DNA of 39,604 bases from a virus (lineage: Duplodnaviria; Caudoviricetes). A program made the position numbers and the translations under genes. The notes under the pieces are model-generated. The model had not been told where the DNA came from, did not search any database, and saw only the letters and a list, made by a program, of their open reading frames with translations. Each line of letters opens with the position of its first letter. The stretch's first letter is position 1. Location: positions 1-39,604 of the IMG/VR virus record IMGVR_UViG_3300042339_000036. One strand, 5' to 3'. Below, piece after piece: positions 7,779 through 15,897 of this stretch.

Positions 7779-8623
7779 CTACCAGCACCGAACTGTCACC
7801 CATCGAGGCAATGCGCGGCACCCTTGTGCGCATGCAGGCAGAGTTTCAGGCCGCACTGCCACCGCAGATCCCGGTCGAGAAGTTTATCCGCACCACACTG
7901 ACCGCAGTGCAAATGAACCCAGACCTGCTGGGCGCCGATCGCCGCTCACTGCTGGGCGCGTGCATGAAGGCCGCACAAGATGGCCTGCTGTTGGATGGCC
8001 GTGAAGCCGCGCCCGTAATCTTCAACACCAAGGAAGGCAAAAAGGTCCAGTACATGCCTATGGTCGGCGGCATTTTGAAAAAGATCCGCAACTCAGGCGA
8101 ACTGTCCAGCATCAGCGCACAGGTGGCGTACGACAAGGACCACTTCGAGTACGAGTTGGGCGACAACGAGAACATCGTTCACAAGCCATTCCTGGGCGAG
8201 GATCGAGGCAAGCCAATCGCTGTGTACGCTGTGGCCAAGACCAAGGACGGCGCGATCTACCGCGAGGTGATGAGCGTGTCCGATGTTGAGAAGGTGCGAG
8301 CCGCCAGCCGGGCAGGCAAGTTTGGCCCATGGGTTGAATGGTGGGATGAGATGGCCAAGAAAACTGTGATTCGTCGCATGGCCAAGCGCCTGCCATCGAG
8401 CGCAGATCTGGACCAGGTTATCGCGCACGACAACGAGGCATCAGGATTTGTCCAGGTGGAGCGCAGAGAGGCCGTAAACATCACGCCGGTACCAGAGGCC
8501 CAGCAAGCCCCTTTGAGCCGCCTGAAGGCCTCTATGGGCCAGCCAGCGGATGATGTCATTGACCAGGCAACTGGCGAAATCACACAACCGGAGGTGCCCA
8601 ATGTCTCAACTACTGACGCCTAA
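7775..8623 (+). CDS. recT: RecT-family single-strand annealing recombinase
   Basis: SLLGACMKAAQDGLLLDGREA..GPWVEWWDEMAKKTVIRRMAKRLP. Confidence 0.92.
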   Translation: MTTSTELSPIEAMRGTLVRMQAEFQAALPPQIPVEKFIRTTLTAVQMNPDLLGADRRSLLGACMKAAQDGLLLDGREAAPVIFNTKEGKKVQYMPMVGGILKKIRNSGELSSISAQVAYDKDHFEYELGDNENIVHKPFLGEDRGKPIAVYAVAKTKDGAIYREVMSVSDVEKVRAASRAGKFGPWVEWWDEMAKKTVIRRMAKRLPSSADLDQVIAHDNEASGFVQVERREAVNITPVPEAQQAPLSRLKASMGQPADDVIDQATGEITQPEVPNVSTTDA

Positions 8624-8798
8624 ACAATTGTGCGAGCGATGGAAGGTCGCCGATAACACCCTGCGCAAGTGGCGGGTGGCCAACATCGGACCGGCTTACA
8701 TCAAACTGGGCGATGGCCGAAACAGCGAGGTGCGTTACCGCATCGACGATGTCGAGGCTTTCGAGAAGAGCAACCGATTTACCACTGACAACAAATAA
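8601..8798 (+). CDS. Excisionase/AlpA-like winged HTH protein
   Basis: LLTPKQLCERWKVADNTLRKWR..GPAYIKLG..VRYRIDDVEAF; GGAGG RBS before ATG at 8601. Confidence 0.8.
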   Translation: MSQLLTPKQLCERWKVADNTLRKWRVANIGPAYIKLGDGRNSEVRYRIDDVEAFEKSNRFTTDNK

Positions 8799-8806
8799 GG
8801 AAAGCC

Positions 8807-9073
8807 ATGAGGAACAGAATGATCACGATCCTGATTGTCTGCTCCCTTGGCTGGATCAGTGGGTGCGCAAGCAACAAGCCAATGCCACCCACACCAGTCG
8901 AGCAGGAGTTGATTCTTGATAAACAGATTCACTCATTAAGCCGCAACGAAGTTATCACTGCGGTTCGTGAATGTGAAACAACAGGGCTTCGCGCCGTCAT
9001 GATGTATGGAAAACGCAAAGTCAACGGGTACTCAGCAGACATCGTCATTGATGTCACATGCGCACCCAGGTGA
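8807..9073 (+). CDS. Putative lipoprotein
   Basis: Basic N-terminus, hydrophobic core, lipobox-like ISGC. Confidence 0.7.
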   Translation: MRNRMITILIVCSLGWISGCASNKPMPPTPVEQELILDKQIHSLSRNEVITAVRECETTGLRAVMMYGKRKVNGYSADIVIDVTCAPR

Positions 9074-9102
9074 AAAAAAACCCCAGGGCGCAAACCCTGG
9101 GG
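9073..9102 (-). terminator. Rho-independent terminator where the late and early arms converge
   Basis: CCCCAGGG/CCCTGGGG 8-bp stem followed by a T8 run on the minus strand. Confidence 0.85.
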
Positions 9103-9156
9103 CTAACCGTCGTGAAGGAGTTTGGCAACTGCTAAAGCCTGACGGGAAGGAGACAA

Positions 9157-9609
9157 CTAAACCAGTTCGAAATGTGGGCCGTCAATGAACGGCCTTTTGT
9201 TTTGCTTGCGACGCTCATCGATGTAGTGGTTCATGGCCTCTTCCATCGTGCCACGCCACATACGGATGTCCGGCACATTCCATGCGGCACCCCAACGGAT
9301 GGCCACATTCTTTTCAATTGCGGCCTGCTTCATTGCGTCGGCAAGGTTGTCATACAGATTGAGTTCCCATGACACTTGGCCATCGATGTAGGCCACCAGG
9401 TCCACAGCGTCGCCGGTCAAATGCTTGGACTCCATTGTCTGGCTTTTGCCAGTCTCAACATATTTGCGTTGTGTCTCGGTAGTGCGCAAGCCTTCAGTGA
9501 CACCGAAGTCAACCGTGCTGATTTCAATTGCGCGAGTGACCACATCAATCAATGAATCTTTAACGCCATCAAGGCGAGCAATGCTTTTTTGTGAAAGTAT
9601 AAATGCCAT
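9157..9609 (-). CDS. Endolysin, M15-family L-Ala-D-Glu peptidase
   Basis: VTEGLRT..SKHLTGDAVD..IRWGAAW..FIDGPHFEL. Confidence 0.9.
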   Translation of the reverse strand: MAFILSQKSIARLDGVKDSLIDVVTRAIEISTVDFGVTEGLRTTETQRKYVETGKSQTMESKHLTGDAVDLVAYIDGQVSWELNLYDNLADAMKQAAIEKNVAIRWGAAWNVPDIRMWRGTMEEAMNHYIDERRKQNKRPFIDGPHFELV

Positions 9610-9611
9610 GA

Positions 9612-10022
9612 TTATTCCTTTGCTGGTTGCTTAGAACGCATGTCCATAATCTTTTCAAGAGTGCGGCCACCAAAATAAAACGACATGATCAGCATGCCCC
9701 ATTGGCCAAGCAACTCGACATACTTTTCATTTGTGTCGATGCCATACGCAGACATCATTGCAAAGGTTGTGTATGTGACCAGGATAAAAATCAGCGTCAT
9801 AGGACGGATGTTTTTAGACAGCCATGAGTCACTGCCCATGTCTGCTTGCTGGCGCTTGGTAATTTCTTGTGCCTCGATGTTGTCAGCATTCAGTTCAGCC
9901 AGGCGCCCTTCTTGTTGCATCTTCAAAAGTTCTTGCTGTGCTTTTGCTTTTGCTTCTGGGTCTGGAATAAATTTGTCGAGCACTTTCATGCCGACATCAA
10001 ATAATGCTGTAAGGGGAAACAT
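9612..10022 (-). CDS. Holin (3TM/GTA-holin-like)
   Basis: LDKFIPDPEAKAKAQ..SDSWLSKNIRP..FYFGGRTLEK with hydrophobic segments; adjacent to the endolysin; start at MFPLT. Confidence 0.75.
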   Translation of the reverse strand: MFPLTALFDVGMKVLDKFIPDPEAKAKAQQELLKMQQEGRLAELNADNIEAQEITKRQQADMGSDSWLSKNIRPMTLIFILVTYTTFAMMSAYGIDTNEKYVELLGQWGMLIMSFYFGGRTLEKIMDMRSKQPAKE

Positions 10023-10024
10023 AA

Positions 10025-10528
10025 TTATCCTTTCTGAAAACCACACTTGCCGCCGCACTGTTGCACAGCGTCGTAAACAAACCAGCCCATACCACCCAAC
10101 AGAACTGCCAACAAGGATACAGCAAGGGCAATTGTAATTACTTCGTCAATCTCTTCTTTGCGCCGCTTTTTAGCTTCTTTTGCACGGCGTGCATCATGGG
10201 CCGCTTCTCTGTCTATGCTTGCGGCACGAGCCACGATTTTCTGCCAGACATCCATCTTATTGCTTTGAAAGAAAAGCATTTTTACTTCTTCTTCAAACGC
10301 CCTGGCTTGTTCAATTGCAAGTTCTAGTTCAATGGCTTGACCCATTGCACTGCCTTTAAAGCCTTTGGTCTTGGACTGCTGAAGAACCTTTATGCCGTCG
10401 GCCTTGGCTGTGAAGAACTTGGAAAGTACAGGTCCAAGGGATTCAACATCCTGCACGGTTTTGGCGGCAGTTTTGACCAGCTTTACAGCAGTCTGGATTG
10501 CGGCAAGTGCTGTGAATGGATCGATCAT
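10025..10528 (-). CDS. Coiled-coil protein with a C-terminal transmembrane helix
   Basis: MIDPFTALAAIQ start; C-terminal hydrophobic helix; lies in the lysis region. Confidence 0.7.
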   Translation of the reverse strand: MIDPFTALAAIQTAVKLVKTAAKTVQDVESLGPVLSKFFTAKADGIKVLQQSKTKGFKGSAMGQAIELELAIEQARAFEEEVKMLFFQSNKMDVWQKIVARAASIDREAAHDARRAKEAKKRRKEEIDEVITIALAVSLLAVLLGGMGWFVYDAVQQCGGKCGFQKG

Positions 10529-10650
10529 TTTTTCACCCATTCAAGGCAAACAACTTTTCTGTTGTACACATCTCCCGTCCAAGTCCAGCGCACACATTGA
10601 TAGTAAACAATGGCGGGTGGGGGTGGCGGTAGTGGTGTAGCGTCGATCAT
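10525..10650 (-). CDS. 41-aa protein MIDATPLPPPPPAIVYYQCVRWTWTGDVYNRKVVCLEWVKK (not in ORF track)
   Basis: ATGA overlap with the downstream gene; Cys pair flanking a beta-hairpin-like segment. Confidence 0.6.
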   Translation of the reverse strand: MIDATPLPPPPPAIVYYQCVRWTWTGDVYNRKVVCLEWVKK

Positions 10651-10671
10651 TGCTATGGCTTTGATTTAAAT

Positions 10672-11151
10672 TTACTTAATGCCCCAAGTAAGGTACCAGG
10701 CAATGATTGAAGCCAACGCAAAGCACATAAACTGTACTCGCCTAACTTCTTTAAGATCATGTTGAAAGTCTTCATTGTTTTTTCTTTCCATGTTTTCAAT
10801 GTCAAGTTTTATTTTTAGTAAGGCTTCCCATTCTTTTGCACCGTACTTTTTTACAAAATCAATTTTTAACTTTGCTTCTTCATCTGAAATTTGTTTCTTG
10901 TGCTTCCATTGCTCAAGCGCCCTAATCAGTGCTCGTTCTTTTTTAAACTCTGCTTCTCTAACTTCTCTGCGTCTTTCTTGTGCTTTCTGTTGCGCTACAT
11001 CAGATGCGTCTTTCTGAATCCCTTCTATGCTTTTAGATAGCCCCTTTGAAACTTCTCTGCTGGCATCCAAAGAACTGGATAATGCTTTTACACCTTCAGT
11101 TATTCCAAATTGATCAGGCACATTTTTAGTCCTTGTCTTCTTTGTGCTCAA
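10672..11151 (-). CDS. Coiled-coil protein with a C-terminal transmembrane helix
   Basis: Charged helical body and hydrophobic C-terminus; AT-rich; true start may be the GTG at 11121. Confidence 0.65.
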   Translation of the reverse strand: MSTKKTRTKNVPDQFGITEGVKALSSSLDASREVSKGLSKSIEGIQKDASDVAQQKAQERRREVREAEFKKERALIRALEQWKHKKQISDEEAKLKIDFVKKYGAKEWEALLKIKLDIENMERKNNEDFQHDLKEVRRVQFMCFALASIIAWYLTWGIK

Positions 11152-11392
11152 GTTTTTTAAAGATCAAACCAAGCGTGTTGTCAATTTTGTTGAAGCCATC
11201 TTTCATGTCCTGCTTGATGTCGCGGACTGCTTCTTTGAAATCATCCTTGCGCACATAGACCTCTGGCAAGTCGCGCTCGATTTGACGAATGTCGCTCTTG
11301 AGTTCTTTGATTGCGTCCCAGATAACTTTCAAGATCCAGCCTCCAAGAAATCCGCAGACACCCACTACCCAGTTAAAAAGCGTCTGGTCCAT
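11126..11392 (-). CDS. Small N-terminal-TM coiled-coil protein (lysis region, holin/antiholin-like)
   Basis: FNWVVGVCGFLGGWILKVIW then LPEVYVRKDDF; AAGGA RBS. Confidence 0.7.
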   Translation of the reverse strand: MDQTLFNWVVGVCGFLGGWILKVIWDAIKELKSDIRQIERDLPEVYVRKDDFKEAVRDIKQDMKDGFNKIDNTLGLIFKKLEHKEDKD

Positions 11393-11406
11393 TGCTTATC
11401 CTTTTT

Positions 11407-11766
11407 TTATGGCTGTTCGTCAGGGACTGTGTCCCAGGCTTGAGTTGATTCGTTCCATGTGTAGCGACCGCCATCAGTTGGCATTGCAACCGGTGCGCCC
11501 CACAAGCATGTGTCGTCGTTTAATAGCCAGCTTGCGTATGGCTTTGGCGGGATAAATGCATCACGCGTTGCGTCATAGCTGTAACCAATGCCAGCGTAGT
11601 TCTTGCGCAGTGGCGTGCCACCGTTTGCGTGAACACCGCCATGCGTGTTGTATGAGGTTTGAATCCATTGACCAGGACTCGAGTCCACAAAGGTGTCAAA
11701 AAATTCTGGCTCGGCGACAATGACTTGCTCGACGATGCCGTTGTTTACTTTTGCAAAATGTGCCAT
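11407..11766 (-). CDS. Tail-fibre-associated protein (possible assembly chaperone)
   Basis: MAHFAKV..WIQTSYNT..LRKNYAGIGYSYD..DAFIPPKPYASW; directly follows the glycine-rich fibres. Confidence 0.65.
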   Translation of the reverse strand: MAHFAKVNNGIVEQVIVAEPEFFDTFVDSSPGQWIQTSYNTHGGVHANGGTPLRKNYAGIGYSYDATRDAFIPPKPYASWLLNDDTCLWGAPVAMPTDGGRYTWNESTQAWDTVPDEQP

Positions 11767-11778
11767 GTGCTTCTCCTG

Positions 11779-12849
11779 TTATGCAGTGAATGTTCCGCTA
11801 GATGTAAATGTGTGAATTGTGTATCCGCCGGATGATGTGACCGTGCCGCCAGTGCCGCGCTGTGCTCCAAGGTAACGAACAATGACAACACCTGAACCTC
11901 CACCACCTGATGGGAAAGATGGACTTGTACCGTATCCAGTTGGATGTGTTCCACCTCCACCTCCGCCAGTGTTTGGTGATCCGTTAACACCTGCAAACGA
12001 GCCAGCACTTCCGCCCGCGCCACCACCGCCCGCGCCACCAGCACCGCCTGTACCATTAGACGCTCCGCCACCACCGCCACCTGCATATGAAGTGCCAAGA
12101 GATTTCCAGTTAATACCAGCGCCACCAGCACCGCCATTTGTAGTAACTGTGCCATCAATAGTTACACCAACAGCAGATTTTCCACCACCACCTCCGGCTG
12201 GCAAATTAACTTGCCCTCCGCTAAAAGTTAAACTTCCTCCGGCATTTCCTTGACCGGAAGTTCCAGAAGCACCGGTTAATGTTGACCAACCGGCACCGCC
12301 TCCAGAACCTCCTGAAGTTGCTGAAACATAACCAGGGCTTACCTGGTAATAACTACCAGTTCCACCTCCAATGCAAGTGGTACTAAAAGCGGTTGTATTT
12401 GATCCATTATTTCCACCGCCATCGCTTGCAGAATAAGCAGTTCCTCCACCGCCAATAACAATAGAATATGCCGTGTTAGGTGAAACTATTAGGCTTGAAT
12501 CAACTGCGCCTCCAGCGCCACCACCACCTCCGCCGACATTGGGTGATCTTGCTCCAGATCCTCCTCCAGCAACAAGCAAATATTCCACTGTGTATGGAGC
12601 ATCAGCAGGTTGCCTCCATTTTGTCCCGTCGTAATATTCAAAATTGTTGTCAGTAGAATTAAATCGGATCATTCCATTTGCAGGAGTTCCAGGCCGCTCT
12701 CCTGTAGTTCCAGCAGGAATATCAAACGATCCCGTGCTTGTGTTGGTTTTGTCGCTGATAGATGCAGGCGTCACATTGTCGAGCGATGATGCGTTGATGT
12801 CACCACCTAAGTCGACAATCACCTGCGATAAATTTCGTGCTTTGCTCAT
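11779..12849 (-). CDS. Short glycine-rich tail fibre / receptor-binding protein
   Basis: PAGTTGERP..GMIRFN..VEYLLVAGGG..Gly-rich..HTFTSSGTF; paralogous to the C-terminal third of the upstream fibre. Confidence 0.8.
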   Translation of the reverse strand: MSKARNLSQVIVDLGGDINASSLDNVTPASISDKTNTSTGSFDIPAGTTGERPGTPANGMIRFNSTDNNFEYYDGTKWRQPADAPYTVEYLLVAGGGSGARSPNVGGGGGGAGGAVDSSLIVSPNTAYSIVIGGGGTAYSASDGGGNNGSNTTAFSTTCIGGGTGSYYQVSPGYVSATSGGSGGGAGWSTLTGASGTSGQGNAGGSLTFSGGQVNLPAGGGGGKSAVGVTIDGTVTTNGGAGGAGINWKSLGTSYAGGGGGGASNGTGGAGGAGGGGAGGSAGSFAGVNGSPNTGGGGGGTHPTGYGTSPSFPSGGGGSGVVIVRYLGAQRGTGGTVTSSGGYTIHTFTSSGTFTA

Positions 12850-12858
12850 ATCGATTCC

Positions 12859-15837
12859 TTATGCTGTGTAGGTGCCGGACGAAGTGAAGGTGTGGTAGGT
12901 GTAACCGCCTGCGCTTGTCACTGTTCCGCCGGTGCCGCGCTGTGCGCCGAGATAGCGAATGATGGAAATGCCAGAACCTCCTGCTCCACCATAAGTGCCA
13001 TTACCGTTGCCTCCACCACCACCACCAGTGTTTGCGCCGCCATCAGTACCCGGTGTGCTTGCATTGAATTCACCGCCGTTTCCACCGCCGCCAGAGCCAC
13101 CTGTACCGCCGGAAGATGATGCTCCTGCACCGCCACCTCCCGCGTAGAAAGTGCCAAGCGATTGCCAATTTACGCCGACACCACCATTGCCACCAGCAGA
13201 ACCTGCTCCAGCAGGACTTTGTCCAACAGCGCCAGCGCCACCTCCTCCTGCTGAAGGATAATTTCCTGACGAAAATCCACTGTTGCCGCCAGCAAAACCT
13301 TGTCCAGCAGTTCCAGATCCCCCTGTTGGTGTATTAACTGACGAGCCACCTCCTCCACCAGAACCGCCTGAAGTTGCAACGCCAACCCCTCCACCGCCAA
13401 TTGCTCCAGCGCCACCACCTATTGCAGTTAATGAATTAAATACAGAATTGTTTCCTGACGCGCCTAAATTGCCTAAGGTTGATCTAGCGGCTCCAGCGCC
13501 AACTGTAATTCCATACGCGGTTAAAGCTGTGACTACAGAAGTACCAGACAAAAGACCGCCAGCGCCACCACCTCCGCTGACATACCCACCGCCACTTCCG
13601 CCGCCAGCAACAAGTAGGTACTCAACAGAATATAAACCGGCTGATTGCGTTGTCATCGCTTTCCAATTTCCAGCTTGATAAACTTCATATTCACTATTTG
13701 AGGTGTTGTAGCGAACCATTCCGTTAACTGGAGAAGCAGGCCTTTGTGCAGTTGTGCCTGATGGCAAAGCAAAGTAGCCAGTGCTTGAGTTTGCCTGGTC
13801 ACTTACAGCAGTTGGCGTTACAGCCACAGTCTTAAAGGTGTTGTCACCAGCCAAGAATGTAGATGCACTGCGCGTGCCAGTCGCATTTAATTTGCTGATG
13901 TTAACTGTGTTGTCGTCAAGGCCAGAGCCGTTGAACGACGCCACATTGAATGTGCCAAACGCAACAATATAAAGTTCATCGTTAAGCGCCGTGCCAGAGC
14001 CAAGCACAATGCTTGTGCCGGTTGTTGCTGTGTAGTCTGTAGGGTCCAGGTGAACGCCGTTCAAGTACACATCGATGAAGCCTGCGTCATAGGTCAGCGT
14101 GTTGCCGCTGGCATCAGTGCCAGAGAATGAAGTCTGGCCAGAGGTGGCCACATATTTGTAGCGTTGACTTGTGCCGTTAACGCTCGAGCCAGCAGGCACC
14201 CAACCACCAGAGCCGTACACAAACATTGTGTCGCTCGTCGTGTTGAAGTACATGTCACCTTCAAGCAGTGCGCCGCCGTTATTGCGTAGCGTAGGTGCAG
14301 TTGCTTTGGCGCCCTGGTAGGTGTTGGCGTAGTCGTTGATGTTGGACACATTGGTCGCAACAGTTGGGATGTCAGATGCAACACCGGCCACCGCAGTGAC
14401 ATCAGAATCAATTGCGGCAACAGCCGTCACATCGGTATCAATCGCGGCAACATCAGACACAGAGGTCGAGATGCCAGCAACAGTCGTGACATTCGCGCTG
14501 ATACCTGCAACCGTAGTCACATTGGCCGCAATCCCTGCGACAGTGTTCACATTGCCTGCAACGCCTGCAACGGTCGATACATCAGCAATGTTGGTGCCGA
14601 CGGTATTGACGCTTGCAATGTTGTTTGCAACGACATCGATCTCGCTGGTTGGCTCGTTCAAGTCATTGGCAACAGTCGTGATGGCGGCGATGTTTGTCGC
14701 GGCAGTATTGATGTTTGTTGAGTTCGTCGCGACAGCGTTGATGTTTGTGCTGTTTCCAGCCACTGCGTTAATGTTGGTCGAGTTGCTTGCGACCGAGTTC
14801 ACATTCGCAATGTTGGTTGCTACCGTGCCGACATCAGCAATGTTGGTTGCAACAGTCGTAATGTTCGTGTTGTTTGCGGCAGTCGTGTTGACGCTTGCGA
14901 TGTTTGTGCCAACTGTGTTGACATTGGCAATATTCGTGGCAACTGTTTCGATCTCAGAGACAGGCTCATTGAGGTCGTTGGCCACGGTAGTCACTGCGGA
15001 GATGTCAGTTGCCACAGTAGTCACTGCGGCGCTGTTGGTGGCCACGGTTGTCACATTGGCAGAGATGCCAGCCACGGTCGTCACATTGGCCTGGATACCG
15101 GCCACAGTGTTGACGCTGGCAATGTTAGTACCGACAGTGTTTACATTCGTGATGTTGGTTGCAACAGTTTCAATCTCAGACACCGGCTCATTCAAGTCAG
15201 ACGCTACGGTGTTGACCGCCGCAATGTCAGTGGCCACAGTGGTCACATTTGCGGACACACCGGCAACGGTGTTCACATTGCTGATATTGGTTGCAACGAT
15301 GTTGACATTGGTAATGTCGTCGCCTACTTCATTTACATTGGCAATGCTGTTTGCAACGGTGTCAATGTTGTCTGCGCTGTCAGCCAGGCGGACAATGTCG
15401 GCCACCAAGGACGCGGCATCTGCGTCGCTCGTAATTGGCAACAGGGCCGCACGGTTGACAGAGGTTTGAAGCTGTTGAATCTGAATCGTTGCACGGTCCA
15501 GCGCGTCGGTGATCACTTCAGGGTAAAAGCCACCCTGGTTGGTCAGGTCGGTCGGCTGAAGGTTTTCAATGTCCGAGGTGATGACCAGGTTAAAGCCAGC
15601 CGCCAGGGCGCCAGCAGACAGCGTGATCGTGCCGCCAGGGCTTGAATTCTGGTCTTCATTGACCGATGCGGTGTAATTGGTGCCGAGCACAAGCACCGTC
15701 TCCACATTGGTAGCGACGGTGAGTCTTACGACTTCCAGGTCAGAAGCCTGAAAGACCTTGAATGTAAAGGGGAAAGTCGCGGCTGTCCCGTTACCAATGA
15801 ACGGACCGGCTTTCCGGCTATTTGAACTGATGGTCAT
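12859..15837 (-). CDS. Long tail fibre: T7 gp17-like N-terminal anchor, repetitive shaft, glycine-rich tip
   Basis: GNGTAATFPFTFKVF..ALDRATIQIQQ anchor; (V/I)xxVAxN repeats including three DLNEPxSEI units; Gly-rich C-terminus. Confidence 0.88.
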   Translation of the reverse strand: MTISSNSRKAGPFIGNGTAATFPFTFKVFQASDLEVVRLTVATNVETVLVLGTNYTASVNEDQNSSPGGTITLSAGALAAGFNLVITSDIENLQPTDLTNQGGFYPEVITDALDRATIQIQQLQTSVNRAALLPITSDADAASLVADIVRLADSADNIDTVANSIANVNEVGDDITNVNIVATNISNVNTVAGVSANVTTVATDIAAVNTVASDLNEPVSEIETVATNITNVNTVGTNIASVNTVAGIQANVTTVAGISANVTTVATNSAAVTTVATDISAVTTVANDLNEPVSEIETVATNIANVNTVGTNIASVNTTAANNTNITTVATNIADVGTVATNIANVNSVASNSTNINAVAGNSTNINAVATNSTNINTAATNIAAITTVANDLNEPTSEIDVVANNIASVNTVGTNIADVSTVAGVAGNVNTVAGIAANVTTVAGISANVTTVAGISTSVSDVAAIDTDVTAVAAIDSDVTAVAGVASDIPTVATNVSNINDYANTYQGAKATAPTLRNNGGALLEGDMYFNTTSDTMFVYGSGGWVPAGSSVNGTSQRYKYVATSGQTSFSGTDASGNTLTYDAGFIDVYLNGVHLDPTDYTATTGTSIVLGSGTALNDELYIVAFGTFNVASFNGSGLDDNTVNISKLNATGTRSASTFLAGDNTFKTVAVTPTAVSDQANSSTGYFALPSGTTAQRPASPVNGMVRYNTSNSEYEVYQAGNWKAMTTQSAGLYSVEYLLVAGGGSGGGYVSGGGGAGGLLSGTSVVTALTAYGITVGAGAARSTLGNLGASGNNSVFNSLTAIGGGAGAIGGGGVGVATSGGSGGGGGSSVNTPTGGSGTAGQGFAGGNSGFSSGNYPSAGGGGAGAVGQSPAGAGSAGGNGGVGVNWQSLGTFYAGGGGAGASSSGGTGGSGGGGNGGEFNASTPGTDGGANTGGGGGGNGNGTYGGAGGSGISIIRYLGAQRGTGGTVTSAGGYTYHTFTSSGTYTA

Positions 15838-15864
15838 GGGCGGAACTCCTGGACAATTGTGAAG

Positions 15865-15897
15865 AGACTAAGCATTCTGGTTGTGGATACGGGTACC
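15865..15897 (-). promoter_or_regulatory. Putative late promoter (tail fibre and lysis genes)
   Basis: GGTACCCGTA-N17-TAGTCT. Confidence 0.75.

Noticed and set aside
14336-15469. 377-aa plus-strand ORF antisense to the tail fibre
   Set aside because: Mirror of the repetitive fibre codons; no RBS or independent protein features. The same applies to most plus-strand ORFs in the late arm.
11407-15837. Diversity-generating retroelement, expected from the BPP-1-like structural genes and duplicated fibre ends
   Set aside because: No reverse transcriptase ORF; the similarity between fibre ends is protein-level paralogy, not an adenine-specific template/variable repeat pair.
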